Below, one piece after another: positions 9,632 to 19,286 of a stretch of DNA of 64,000 nucleotides; within the stretch, counting starts at the first letter, position 1; each line of letters opens with the position of its first letter. Under the pieces are notes generated by a model. That model did no database searches, was not told the DNA's origin, and was given only the letters and a program-made list of their open reading frames with translations. The position numbers and the translations under genes are program-made. The DNA lies in NCBI GenBank assembly GCA_027493775.1, contig JAOSKE010000002.1, forward strand, positions 407,435 to 471,434. Direction: 5' to 3'. The stretch is from Kiritimatiellia bacterium (GTDB lineage: Bacteria > Verrucomicrobiota > Kiritimatiellia > CAIVKH01).

Positions 9632-11004
9632 ATTTGACCTCCAGCTTTCTTCAACATCATATCCGTCAACTCGTTCGCCCTATGAAAGAGACGCTGCTCA
9701 TCCGTGCCGATCAACTCGCCGCCGGCCACGCGAATGACGCCATTAACGATCGTATAATCCGCGCGCGCACCCGCGCCGCAGAACAGGATGGCGGACGCGG
9801 GATCCGTCATCGCGCCCGCGTATTCAATCCGATCCAGTCGAAACAAGGCGATATCCGCAAGCGCCCCCGGCGCAATACGTCCAATCTCCGGCCATCCGAA
9901 CACCTCTGCGCCCCCGCGCGTCGCCATGTGCAGCACACGACTCGACGGCATCGCGTCAACCGCCGTTCCAACGCGATGCGCCAGCAGCGCCATTTGCATT
10001 TCGCGGCTGAAACTGGAACTATCATTGCTGGCGGAGCCGTCCACTCCGAGCGCAACGCGAACACCCGCCTCCATCATGCGCGGAATCGGCGCAATTCCCG
10101 ACCCCAGCCGCAGATTGGACGACGGACAGTGCGCGATTCCGGTTTTCGTCGCCGCGAGTTTCTGTATTTCACCGTCATTAAAATAGATGCCGTGCGCAAA
10201 CCAGACATCGGGACCCAGCCACTCGTTCTCCTCCATGTATTCGATCGGTCGCTGTCCGAACATCTCGCGGCAGTAATTCTCCTCATCCACGGTCTCGCAC
10301 AAATGCGTGTGACAGATGACGCGATGTGCACGGGCAAAGCGGATTGTCTCCCGTAACAACTCCGTCGTAACCGAAAACGGCGAACACGGCGCGAGGGCCA
10401 GTCGACACATCGAATCCGGCTCGGGGTTGTGGTATTTTGCGATCAACCGGTCACAATCCGCGATGATTTCCTCGTGATGCTGCACCACGTCATCGGGCGG
10501 AAGTCCGCCATGTGATTTGCCCCGGCTCATGCTGCCGCGTGTGGGATGGAAGCGAATGCCCATCGCGCGCGCGGTTTCAATTTCCACATCCACCAATTCC
10601 CGCGTCACACCACGCGGGAAAACGTAAAAGTGATCCGAGGTGGTTGTGCAGCCGGACAACAACAGCTCGCCGATCCCGACACGCGCGCTGATATCCACCG
10701 CCTCCGGCGTAAGCCAGCGCCAGATTTCGTAAAGATTTGTCAGCCAGTCGAACAGTTTCGCGTTTTGAACGGCCGGAATGTTGCGCGTCAGTGTCTGATA
10801 AAGATGGTGGTGCGTATTGATGAAACCGGGGTAGAGCACATGGTTGCTCGCATCAATCACCGACGCGCCGGGTGGCGCGTCGAGCGACGGCTTAATCGCG
10901 GCGATTCGATTGCCCTCCACAAGCACATCCACGTCATGCACAGGCTGCTCGCCATCCACCATGCTGACGAGGGTCTGCACCCGTTTTAGAAGGATGGCAC
11001 TCAA
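9628..11004 (-). CDS. amidohydrolase-family deaminase (8-oxoguanine/guanine deaminase-like)
   Basis: Metal-binding motif GFINTHHHLYQT and typical amidohydrolase C-terminal half. Start is ambiguous: TTG at 11004 (after GGGGGAG) or GTG at 11019; the ORF track ATG at 11112 overlaps the upstream gene. Confidence 0.75.
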   Translation of the reverse strand: MSAILLKRVQTLVSMVDGEQPVHDVDVLVEGNRIAAIKPSLDAPPGASVIDASNHVLYPGFINTHHHLYQTLTRNIPAVQNAKLFDWLTNLYEIWRWLTPEAVDISARVGIGELLLSGCTTTSDHFYVFPRGVTRELVDVEIETARAMGIRFHPTRGSMSRGKSHGGLPPDDVVQHHEEIIADCDRLIAKYHNPEPDSMCRLALAPCSPFSVTTELLRETIRFARAHRVICHTHLCETVDEENYCREMFGQRPIEYMEENEWLGPDVWFAHGIYFNDGEIQKLAATKTGIAHCPSSNLRLGSGIAPIPRMMEAGVRVALGVDGSASNDSSSFSREMQMALLAHRVGTAVDAMPSSRVLHMATRGGAEVFGWPEIGRIAPGALADIALFRLDRIEYAGAMTDPASAILFCGAGARADYTIVNGVIRVAGGELIGTDEQRLFHRANELTDMMLKKAGGQI

Positions 11005-12316
11005 TGGATTCTCCCCCACAACGCACGCGCGCGCTCGTTTGCCTTTCTTCGTATTCCGGCTTCGTCGAGATGCGAAATGACGCCGTTTTCCAGCAACACG
11101 CGACCACGGCAAATCGTTGTCGTCACCGGCGCGGCGACTAGGCCGAACAAGAGGTGACCGTAAAATGTGGAGGAGTTGAAGGGGGTGAACGGGCGATAAT
11201 CAAAGATTGCGATGTCCGCCAGACACCCCGGCGCAAGACGTCCGCGCGGCTCCGGGAAAATACGGTCGCAAATCGCGCGGTTATTTTCCAACAACAGCCG
11301 ACACGCCTCAACAAATGCCACGCGCGGGTCGCGACGGATTGCGCGTTGCGCGAGATACGCCGCGCGCGCCTGTGCGATCAATTGGTTGGACATGCCATCC
11401 GTTCCTAGACCAAGCAGGATCCCATCGCGCAGAATTTCGAGCAACGGCGTCATCCTAAGTCCGTTGTTCATATTCGACTCGGGATTCGTCGCCATCATGC
11501 TGTCCGATTCGGCGAGCATCTTCCGGCCGCGCTCGTCCAGATGAATTCCGTGCGCGAAGATGGATTTCGGCCCGACAATGCCCGCGCGCTGGAAGCGATC
11601 AATCGGGAGCGCGCCAAATTCGCGCAGCGACGCTTCTCCATCGCACTCCGCCTCATCAATATGCACATGAAAGCCCGTGTCCAGCGCCTGGCCTTCCGCC
11701 GCACAGCGCTCCAGCGTGTCGGGGCTGAGTGTCATGGATGCGTGCAGGCCGAACAGCGGTTGTATCTGAGGGTTCTTCGCCGTCCGGCATTTCTTAATGA
11801 ACCGGATATTCTCCGCGACCCCTCCCCCTTCTTGTTGCGGTCTGACACTTCGTAGCAAAGGCAGCCATTCAATCCGGCCTCACGGAACGCGCGCTCGACT
11901 ATGTCAAGGCTTCCATCCGCGCAGGCGGGCGAGGCATGATGATCAATAATCGTTGTGCATCCGGCATGAATCGCCTCCACGCAGGGAAGAATGGACGAGT
12001 AATAGACATCCTCCGCGTCCAACGCGGCGTCGAGTTTCCACCAGAGCCGTTCGAGTATTTCCTGAAAGTTTTTCGCCGGCTCGCCCGGCGGCGAGAAGCC
12101 GCGCGCCAGGGTTGAATACAGGTGATGATGCGCATTAATCAGGCCGGGCATGACAATGCGGCCTTCCGCATCAATCGTGCGATCCACTCTTTCCGTCGCC
12201 ACACGACCGACGGCGAGAATTTTCGTGTCTTCCACGAGAATGGAGCCGTTTTCAATGATGGCCCCCGCGTCATCGAGCGTCACCAATGTTCCGTTTTGTA
12301 TTAATATGCGGCTCAT
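11001..12316 (-). CDS. ssnA: SsnA-like amidohydrolase; frameshifted in C-run 11819-11828
   Basis: N-terminal ORF 11732-12316 (MSRILIQNGTLVTLDD...GLINAHHHLYSTLARG) and C-terminal ORF 11001-11858 are in different frames; the junction ...EVSDRNKKGEG/VAENIRFIKKC lies in a C4/C5 run. Confidence 0.75.
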
Positions 12317-12317
12317 T

Positions 12318-15300
12318 TTATGAATTCTCCATCAGGGGTATAAACGGAACCGATCCGCGCAGACCATTTAGCAACGCCATCATCTCCACCACCGGGCGCA
12401 GCGAAACGCGCTCGCAATCCGGCGCATTGGGCTTGGCGGTGATGGAAAGCAACTCCCAGCCCACGGACCAAACGGCATCCAGTTCAGGGCTCGAATAATC
12501 AATCCGGCCATTCAGCGACAGGGTGTGCGTTCGACCCGCGATACGCGAGTGAATGGCCGCGCCATCAGCCAATCGCTCCAAGAGAAACGCATTGTTCGAC
12601 TCGCGCTCCCATTCATCGCGCCGCGAGTAGATGCGCGGCTTGTCTTTGTACGGTTTCCCAGCGGAAGGGCAAAACGTGACGCAGTTTCCGCACTCGTTGC
12701 ACAGATCGGCAAACACCGCAACCTGGTAGCGCTGCGTGATTTTGATCGTTTCTCCGTCGAGCGCGAACCAGCGGCTATCCTTAATCCGACCCAACGGCAG
12801 TGTCTTGCAGATCGGCGCGTGCTCGTAGGTGAACAATGCAAGGTTGGGGCATACGCCGACGCAGTAGCTGCACAACAGGTCGCAATCGAGACAGCGCGAC
12901 GCCTCCTCCTTTGCGATCCGTTGACTCAACGTGTTGACAACCTCGTCGAAATCGCGGCGATCTTTCGGCGCCCGCTCCGGCGCCTTCACGGCAAATTTCC
13001 GGGTCACTCTGCGACGCTGAAATTCCGCGCGATTCACAAACAACGCGGACTCCTTTTGCCCGTCCGCAGCGCGCCCCTCAAACTTCGCGCGAATCGCGCG
13101 CGCGATTCTCTTGCCGTCGCCCAACGCCTTCACAATCGTCGCCGGCCCGCTGCCGACCGCGTCGCCGCCCGCATACACGCCCGGTGCGCTGGTTTCCAAG
13201 GTCACTGAATCAACCTGCACGTAGCCGTTCTTGTTCAGCGCGACCCCCGCCTTTTGCAGCCACTCGAAATCACCGGCCTGACTGATTGCGACAATCAGCG
13301 TGTCCATCCCGAACGTTTCCGTTTCATCGCCTTTGGGCGATGGACGACGACGCCCGCTTGCATCCGGCTCGCCCAGCTCCATAACGCGACAAACCAAGCC
13401 GGTGAGATGGCCGTTTTCAGTGAGAATTTTTGCGGCGCACGCAATTCACGAATCGGAATGCCCTCCTCCAATACGCCCCGCAATTCATCGCGCTGTGCGG
13501 GCATTTCTTTGAGGGTGCGGCGATAAATAATGTTCACGCTCTCCGCGCCAAGCCGCCATGCGGCGCGTGCGCAGTCCATCGCGACATCGCCGCCGCCAAT
13601 GACCCCGACGCGGCGTCCGATTTTGGGACGACGCCCTTCGCGCGACTCGCGGAGAAATGAAAGCGAATCCCAAACACCCGGCGCATCCTCATCTTCCAGA
13701 CCAAGCCGCCCCGCGCGCTGCGCGCCGATGGCGACAAGGACTGCCGCGTATCCTTCGCGCTGCAAATCCGACAACTGGAAATCAACACCAGCTCGCTGCT
13801 TGTGCCGGACTTCGACGCCGCGTTGCTGCAAGAACGCCAGATCGCGCTGCAACGCGTCGTCGGATGAGCGATAGCCGGGAATTGAGGAGGCAACCATTCC
13901 CCCCTTGCGATCACTCGCATCGAAGATCGTCACGGGATAACCGGCGCGCGAGAGAAAATCCGCCGCGCCCAAGCCGCATGGCCCCGCCCCAACAATTGCG
14001 ATCCGCTCTCTCTTCTTCGGCTCGACAGCCGTTTGACTCTGCGCGTAGTCAACGATGAATCGCTTGATCTCGCGTATCGCGAGCGGCTCGTCCAAGTGCG
14101 AGCGAACACAGCGCATTTGGCAGGGATGGTGACACGCGCGGCCCAAAACAGACGGCATGGTGTTGTCGCGGCACACAATCGCGACGGCCTCATCCAAGCG
14201 GCTTCCTGCGACCGCGCGCATATACTCCGGCACACCCTGCTCAATCGGACACACCTCAACGCAGGGCGCTTTGATGCAGTCGAAAAGACCAAGCGGCCGG
14301 AGCGACTTTGTATCGGTTCGATCAAACGTCTCCTCACGATACAATCTGCTATCCAACACCTCCGCCGCGTAGCGCCTCAAATTGGCCTGCGCCGCCACAA
14401 TTCGATGATCGTTCCCTGCGGTCTTGCGGACAAATTCATCCGGCGAGTGCGCCTGCGCGGACTTCATCGCCGCCGCGAGATGCTGAACGTACTGCGCGAG
14501 TCGGCCATAGCCGCCGGAGCGGAGCAAATCCGAACAGACGGTGACGGTCCTCATGCCGCACTGCATCAACGACGCGATATTGAAGGCGTCCGCGCCGCCC
14601 GCAAATGAGACATCCACTTCGCCGCCGAACGCCTCTTGCAGGCGGAGCGCGGCGTGAACCGTCACAGCATGCAGCGGGCGGCCGGACATGTACATCTGCT
14701 TTTCTTTGGCGTCAAACGTCCGGCGGTGATTGATGACTTCCAGCGTATTCGACAGCTTCACTCCGAAGGACAAGCCCTGCGCCGCAGCGACGGCGCGGAG
14801 TTCACGGATCAGTTCCACGGCGTTATCAAAAGTGATGTCGTGCTCGAACGCCGCGTCCGGAACCGTGATGTCGTCGAAGCCGAGCTGATCATTCAAAATT
14901 GCGCGCAGCCGTTCCGGGCCAAGTAGCGTGGGGTTCAACTTGACGTAGGTGTGAAGCCGCTTCTTTTCGAGCAAATAGCGGCTGATTGCGCCGATTTCGC
15001 CAGGCGGACAACCGTGCATGGTCGAGAGGGTGACATTGTTGGAAACTCGACTGGGAACAGGCACGTCACCGATGTCGGGAAATATCCTGGAGAGTGTTTC
15101 TTTTCCCTTTTGGACCAAATCAGAGGCGTTCTCCATCGCGTCGAAGAAGCCCTGCACGTTCGGCTTGAGGATTCCCTCCATGTTGTAGCCGACGCTCATG
15201 TTGAAGACGGCGCCCGGCTGGTCGCCTTCCAACCCCAATACGCGATGCAGATAATGCGTCAGCAGCCAAGCGTTCACGTATTCCTGAATAGACTCGCGCA

Positions 15301-15649
15301 CGCGCAACTCTTGCGACCACTCCACATTGTAACCCGCGTCCTCCATATCAATGCACGGTTTACTGACCTCCAGCTCGTCCAGCGTTTGGATCGTCTTCAG
15401 TTCGATGAACCGTGCGCCGCACAGCCAGGCCGCAACGATGTTCTGCGCCATTTGCGTATGCGGCCCCGCAGCGACACCGATGGGCGTGAACAGCGTCTGT
15501 CCGAAAACGGAGGTGCGGAACGGGTCGGAAGCGCGCGGCTCGTAAAACAACTCACGATGGATTCCAAAAATGGATTGATTCGCCGCCATCTCATCGCGCA
15601 CCCATCCCGCAAGACGGCCCAACGATAGAGGAAACATTCGATCACTCAT
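12318..15649 (-). CDS. ygfK: YgfK-like putative selenate reductase subunit (FAD/NAD-binding plus Fe-S domains); frameshifted at T5 run 13427-13431
   Basis: ORF 13295-15715 carries Cys clusters and GXGXXG motifs (IAIVGAGPCGLGAA, VGVIGGGDVAMD). The C-terminal 360 aa (ORF 12318-13397, LVCRVMELGEPDASGRRRP...) is in another frame. Start taken at MSDRMFPL (15649), immediately after the sdaA stop. Confidence 0.75.
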
Positions 15650-16917
15650 GAAACACTCCCTTCCGTCGCCGCGACGACCGGCGCGGCTTGCGTTGACGCG
15701 GCTCGTTTGCGCCACACTGCGGCAAGGCCGCCGCGCGCGGTTTCCCGATAGGCGCTTTGCAGATCAAGCCCGGTGCGGTACATCACCTCGACCACATCAT
15801 CGAAACTCACGCGGTGCCGCCCATCCGTCAGCAGCGAAAACGATGCGCACTCAAACGCGCGAAGGCAGGCGGCCATGTTCCGCTCGATGCAGGGAATTTG
15901 CACGTAGCCTTCCACCGGGTCACAGGTCAATCCGAGGTGGTGCTCCATTCCGATTTCAGCGGCGTATTCAATTTGATGCGGCGAGCCGCCAAGCAGTTGT
16001 GAACACGCCGCAGCGGCCATGGAGCAGGCGGAACCGATTTCGCCCTGGCACCCCACTTCAGCGCCGGACACGGAGGCGTTTGCGCGGATGACTGACCCGA
16101 ACAAACCCGCAGTCGCCAATGCGCCCAGGATTTCCTGAAGAGGCGTCTTTTTAACCGTCGCAAAATAGTACAGCAACCCCGCGACCACTCCGGCGGGGCC
16201 GCAGGTCGGCGCGGTGACAATCGTTCCGGCGCTTGCGTTTTCTTCCGCGACCGCCAGGGCAAAGGAGGACAGAAACGCGAGATCGCGCCGCGTGCCCTGC
16301 AGGGATTGCGCCCGCTCCCAGGTGGTTCCTGCCTGGCGCGAGAGGTTCAGCGAACCGGGCAGAAGCTTGTCCGTGCTCTTCAACCCGCGCTCAACACTGT
16401 CGCGCATAGCGGCCCAAATCGGGATCAGCCTGTTCCATACATCCGGCTCATGCAGTTCGACGAATTGCCGGAACGAGCTGTTGTTTTTTTCGCACCAGTC
16501 GAGCGCGTCCGCGAGATTGGAAATGGGATAGGTGACGACCTCTCCCGTATTGACCGGCCCGCTGTCGTCGCGCAACGAACCGCCACCAATGCTGTACACG
16601 CGCCATTCATCTGAAATAAATCCCAGCGCATTGATCGCTTGCCAGATCATCGTGTTCGGGTGAACCGGAGTTGGCGACACGGCGTCCCACACGATTTCGC
16701 AAGCGATCGGATATAGCGCGGCGATAATCGTTCTATCCGTCAGATGTCCGCGTCCCGTCTCCGCAAGACTGCCCTGCAGGGTCACGCGCACGCAGGCGGG
16801 AGGGGTTGTCTGGCGGTCGAGAAGTATGCGCGCGGCACGCTGCGGCCCAATGCTGTGCGAGCTGGATGGACCCGCGCCAACTTTGAACGTCTCAAAAATG
16901 GATTCCACGACCGGCAT
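15646..16917 (-). CDS. sdaA: L-serine dehydratase, iron-sulfur-dependent, single chain
   Basis: Motifs FKVGAGPSSSHSIGP, YSIGGG, ANASVSGAEVGCQGEIGSACSMAAA and GMEHHLGLTCDPV...VQIPCIERN match the L-serine dehydratase family. First gene of the seven-gene minus-strand operon. Confidence 0.8.
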   Translation of the reverse strand: MPVVESIFETFKVGAGPSSSHSIGPQRAARILLDRQTTPPACVRVTLQGSLAETGRGHLTDRTIIAALYPIACEIVWDAVSPTPVHPNTMIWQAINALGFISDEWRVYSIGGGSLRDDSGPVNTGEVVTYPISNLADALDWCEKNNSSFRQFVELHEPDVWNRLIPIWAAMRDSVERGLKSTDKLLPGSLNLSRQAGTTWERAQSLQGTRRDLAFLSSFALAVAEENASAGTIVTAPTCGPAGVVAGLLYYFATVKKTPLQEILGALATAGLFGSVIRANASVSGAEVGCQGEIGSACSMAAAACSQLLGGSPHQIEYAAEIGMEHHLGLTCDPVEGYVQIPCIERNMAACLRAFECASFSLLTDGRHRVSFDDVVEVMYRTGLDLQSAYRETARGGLAAVWRKRAASTQAAPVVAATEGSVS

Positions 16918-16996
16918 GGCGACTTTCCGATTTTGCTTCCACCAATCAGTCTAGGTTTTCGTTGCGCGATGGACAGCGTTATGTCGCCCAGCAACG

Positions 16997-17014
16997 CCTG
17001 ATGCTCGCATCAGG
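16997..17014. promoter_or_regulatory. perfect 18-bp palindrome in the divergent sdaA/ygeW promoter region
   Basis: CCTGATGC-TC-GCATCAGG with 8-bp arms, in the 178-bp intergenic region between the two divergent island operons. Confidence 0.4.
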
Positions 17015-17095
17015 GGAACCCTGATTGAAGCAAAACGGACAACGCTGAATACTTCGCGCAGTGGTTTGGAACGTGTTGTGTGACCGTCCGAAAAA

Positions 17096-18319
17096 ATGCG
17101 TGACTACTGGTCGCGCGGAAAGGGACAAGTGAATACGCTGAATTCAATTATCGCCGACTTGCGCAAACGCCCCGCATCTCTTCACGGAAAAGATTTTCTC
17201 CTAACGTGGGATCGCTCGCTCGATGAATTAAAGTTGATCCTCGGCCTTGCCGAAGCCCTGCGATTGATGCGCAAGCAGGGAATCTCAACGCGAGTGTTTG
17301 ACTCGGGTCTGGCGGTCTCGAATTTTCGCGACAACTCAACACGCACGCGCTTCTCGTTTGCCTCCGCCTCAAATCTTCTCGGGCTTTCCGTTCAGGACCT
17401 CGACGAAGGAAAATCACAAATCGCGCACGGCGAAACCGTCCGCGAAACGGCGACCATGATTTCCTTCCTCACGGAAACCATCGGCATTCGCGACGACATG
17501 TTTCTCGGCGCGGGTCACACCTACATGCTGGAGGTGGCGGAGGCGCTCGATGAAAGTTTCCGCGAGGGTGTATTGCCGCAACGTCCGGGCATTGTGAATT
17601 TGCAGTGCGATGTGGATCATCCGACGCAGTCCATGGCGGATTTGCTCTGGCTCGAAAAGCAATTTGGATCGCTCGACAACCTGCGCGGAAAAAAGATCGC
17701 GATGACGTGGGCGTATTCGCCGAGCTATGGAAAGCCGCTGTCGGTCCCGCAGGGCATCATCGGTTTGATGAGCCGCTTCGGGATGAATGTGGCGCTCGCG
17801 CATCCAAAGGGATACGACCTGATTCCTGAAGTCGTCGAGCGATCGGCGCGGCAGGCGAAAGAGTCTGGCGGCTCGTTCACCCACACGCATTCAATGGAGG
17901 AGGCGTTCGAGGGCGCGGACATTGTCTATCCGAAATCCTGGGCGTCTTATTCCGTCATGGAAAAGCGCACCGGGCTGTTGCGGAACAACGATCACGCCGG
18001 GCTGAAGGAATTGGAAAAGGCGTGCCTAGCGGAAAACGCTGCGCATACGAATTGGGAATGCTCGCCGGACAAGATGAAGCGCACAAAAGATGGCGACGCT
18101 CTTTATATGCACTGCCTGCCGGCGGACATCACGGGCGTTTCCTGCAAACAGGGCGAAGTGGCGGCCGACGTGTTCGAGAAATATCGCCTGCGCACGTATC
18201 ACGAAGCGGGCGGAAAGCCGTTCATCATCGCAGCCATGATTCTGGCCAACCGCTTTGCCGACCCCGTCGGCATGCTGGAGGAATTGCTCAAAAAGAACAA
18301 ATCGCGCGTCGGCGCGTAA
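17096..18319 (+). CDS. ygeW: YgeW-type knotted carbamoyltransferase
   Basis: 407 aa with the carbamoyltransferase signature NSTRTR and HPTQ; length and overall pattern fit YgeW rather than OTC or ATCase. Confidence 0.8.
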   Translation: MRDYWSRGKGQVNTLNSIIADLRKRPASLHGKDFLLTWDRSLDELKLILGLAEALRLMRKQGISTRVFDSGLAVSNFRDNSTRTRFSFASASNLLGLSVQDLDEGKSQIAHGETVRETATMISFLTETIGIRDDMFLGAGHTYMLEVAEALDESFREGVLPQRPGIVNLQCDVDHPTQSMADLLWLEKQFGSLDNLRGKKIAMTWAYSPSYGKPLSVPQGIIGLMSRFGMNVALAHPKGYDLIPEVVERSARQAKESGGSFTHTHSMEEAFEGADIVYPKSWASYSVMEKRTGLLRNNDHAGLKELEKACLAENAAHTNWECSPDKMKRTKDGDALYMHCLPADITGVSCKQGEVAADVFEKYRLRTYHEAGGKPFIIAAMILANRFADPVGMLEELLKKNKSRVGA

Positions 18320-18326
18320 GGAGAGT

Positions 18327-19286
18327 ATGACAGCGTCCGCAAAGCGGAAGAAGCTCGCGATTATCGCGATCGGCGGCAACTCGCTGATCAGCGACAGCCG
18401 CAGCATGTCGGTTCCGGATCAATACCGGGCCGCAGGCGAGACAAGCCGCCATATTTCCGCGCTTGTTAAGCTGGGCTACCGGGTGGTGGTCACCCACGGC
18501 AACGGGCCGCAGGTCGGCTTCATCCTTTTGCGCTCCGAGCTTGCCAAGGACAAACTGCACTCGGTCCCGCTCGAAAGTTGCGTCGCGGACACACAGGGCG
18601 CGATCGGTTATCAAATTCAGCAAACGCTCAAGAACGAGTTGCACCGACTGGGAATCGTACAGCCCGTCGGAACGCTGGTTACCCAGTGCGTCGTCAGCGC
18701 AAATGACCCGGCCTTCAAAAATCCGACCAAACCCATCGGCCCCTTCTATACGGAAGAGGAAGCGCGTGCCCATGAGGTGAAGGACGGCTGGACGGTGCGC
18801 GAAGACGCCGGGCGCGGGTGGCGTCGTGTGGTGCCCTCCCCCGTCCCGCGCGAGATCGTGGAGGAACCCATTATCAAGGTGTTGCTGGAACGGGATGTCA
18901 TTGTCGTCGCCGTCGGCGGCGGCGGCATCCCGGTGACACGCACAAGGAGCGGACGCCTCAAGGGTTGCGCGGCGGTGATTGACAAGGATGCCGCATCAAG
19001 CCTGCTTGCGCAAAATTTGAAGGCGGATGTTTTGATCATCTCAACCGCGGTCAATCACGTCTATGTGAACTTCGGAAAACCGGATCAGCGGCCGATTTAT
19101 TACATGTCTCTCAAGGAAGCGGAAGGTCACGTCAAAGATGGACAATTCTCCGCGGGAAGCATGTTGCCCAAAATCGAGGCGGCGATCCGCTATCTAAAAG
19201 CCGGAGGAAAGAAGGTCATCATCACACAACCGCACCTCATCGAGAGTTCGGTTGTTGGAAAGGGAGGAACACACATCACGCCATGA
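18327..19286 (+). CDS. arcC: carbamate kinase
   Basis: MTASAKRKKLAIIAIGGN...VVTHGNGPQVG...; ATG 18327 preceded by AAGGAGAG. The stop overlaps the next start (ATGA). Confidence 0.85.
   Translation: MTASAKRKKLAIIAIGGNSLISDSRSMSVPDQYRAAGETSRHISALVKLGYRVVVTHGNGPQVGFILLRSELAKDKLHSVPLESCVADTQGAIGYQIQQTLKNELHRLGIVQPVGTLVTQCVVSANDPAFKNPTKPIGPFYTEEEARAHEVKDGWTVREDAGRGWRRVVPSPVPREIVEEPIIKVLLERDVIVVAVGGGGIPVTRTRSGRLKGCAAVIDKDAASSLLAQNLKADVLIISTAVNHVYVNFGKPDQRPIYYMSLKEAEGHVKDGQFSAGSMLPKIEAAIRYLKAGGKKVIITQPHLIESSVVGKGGTHITP

Noticed and set aside
12525-13208. 227-aa plus-strand ORF
   Set aside because: Antisense to ygfK; no conserved features.
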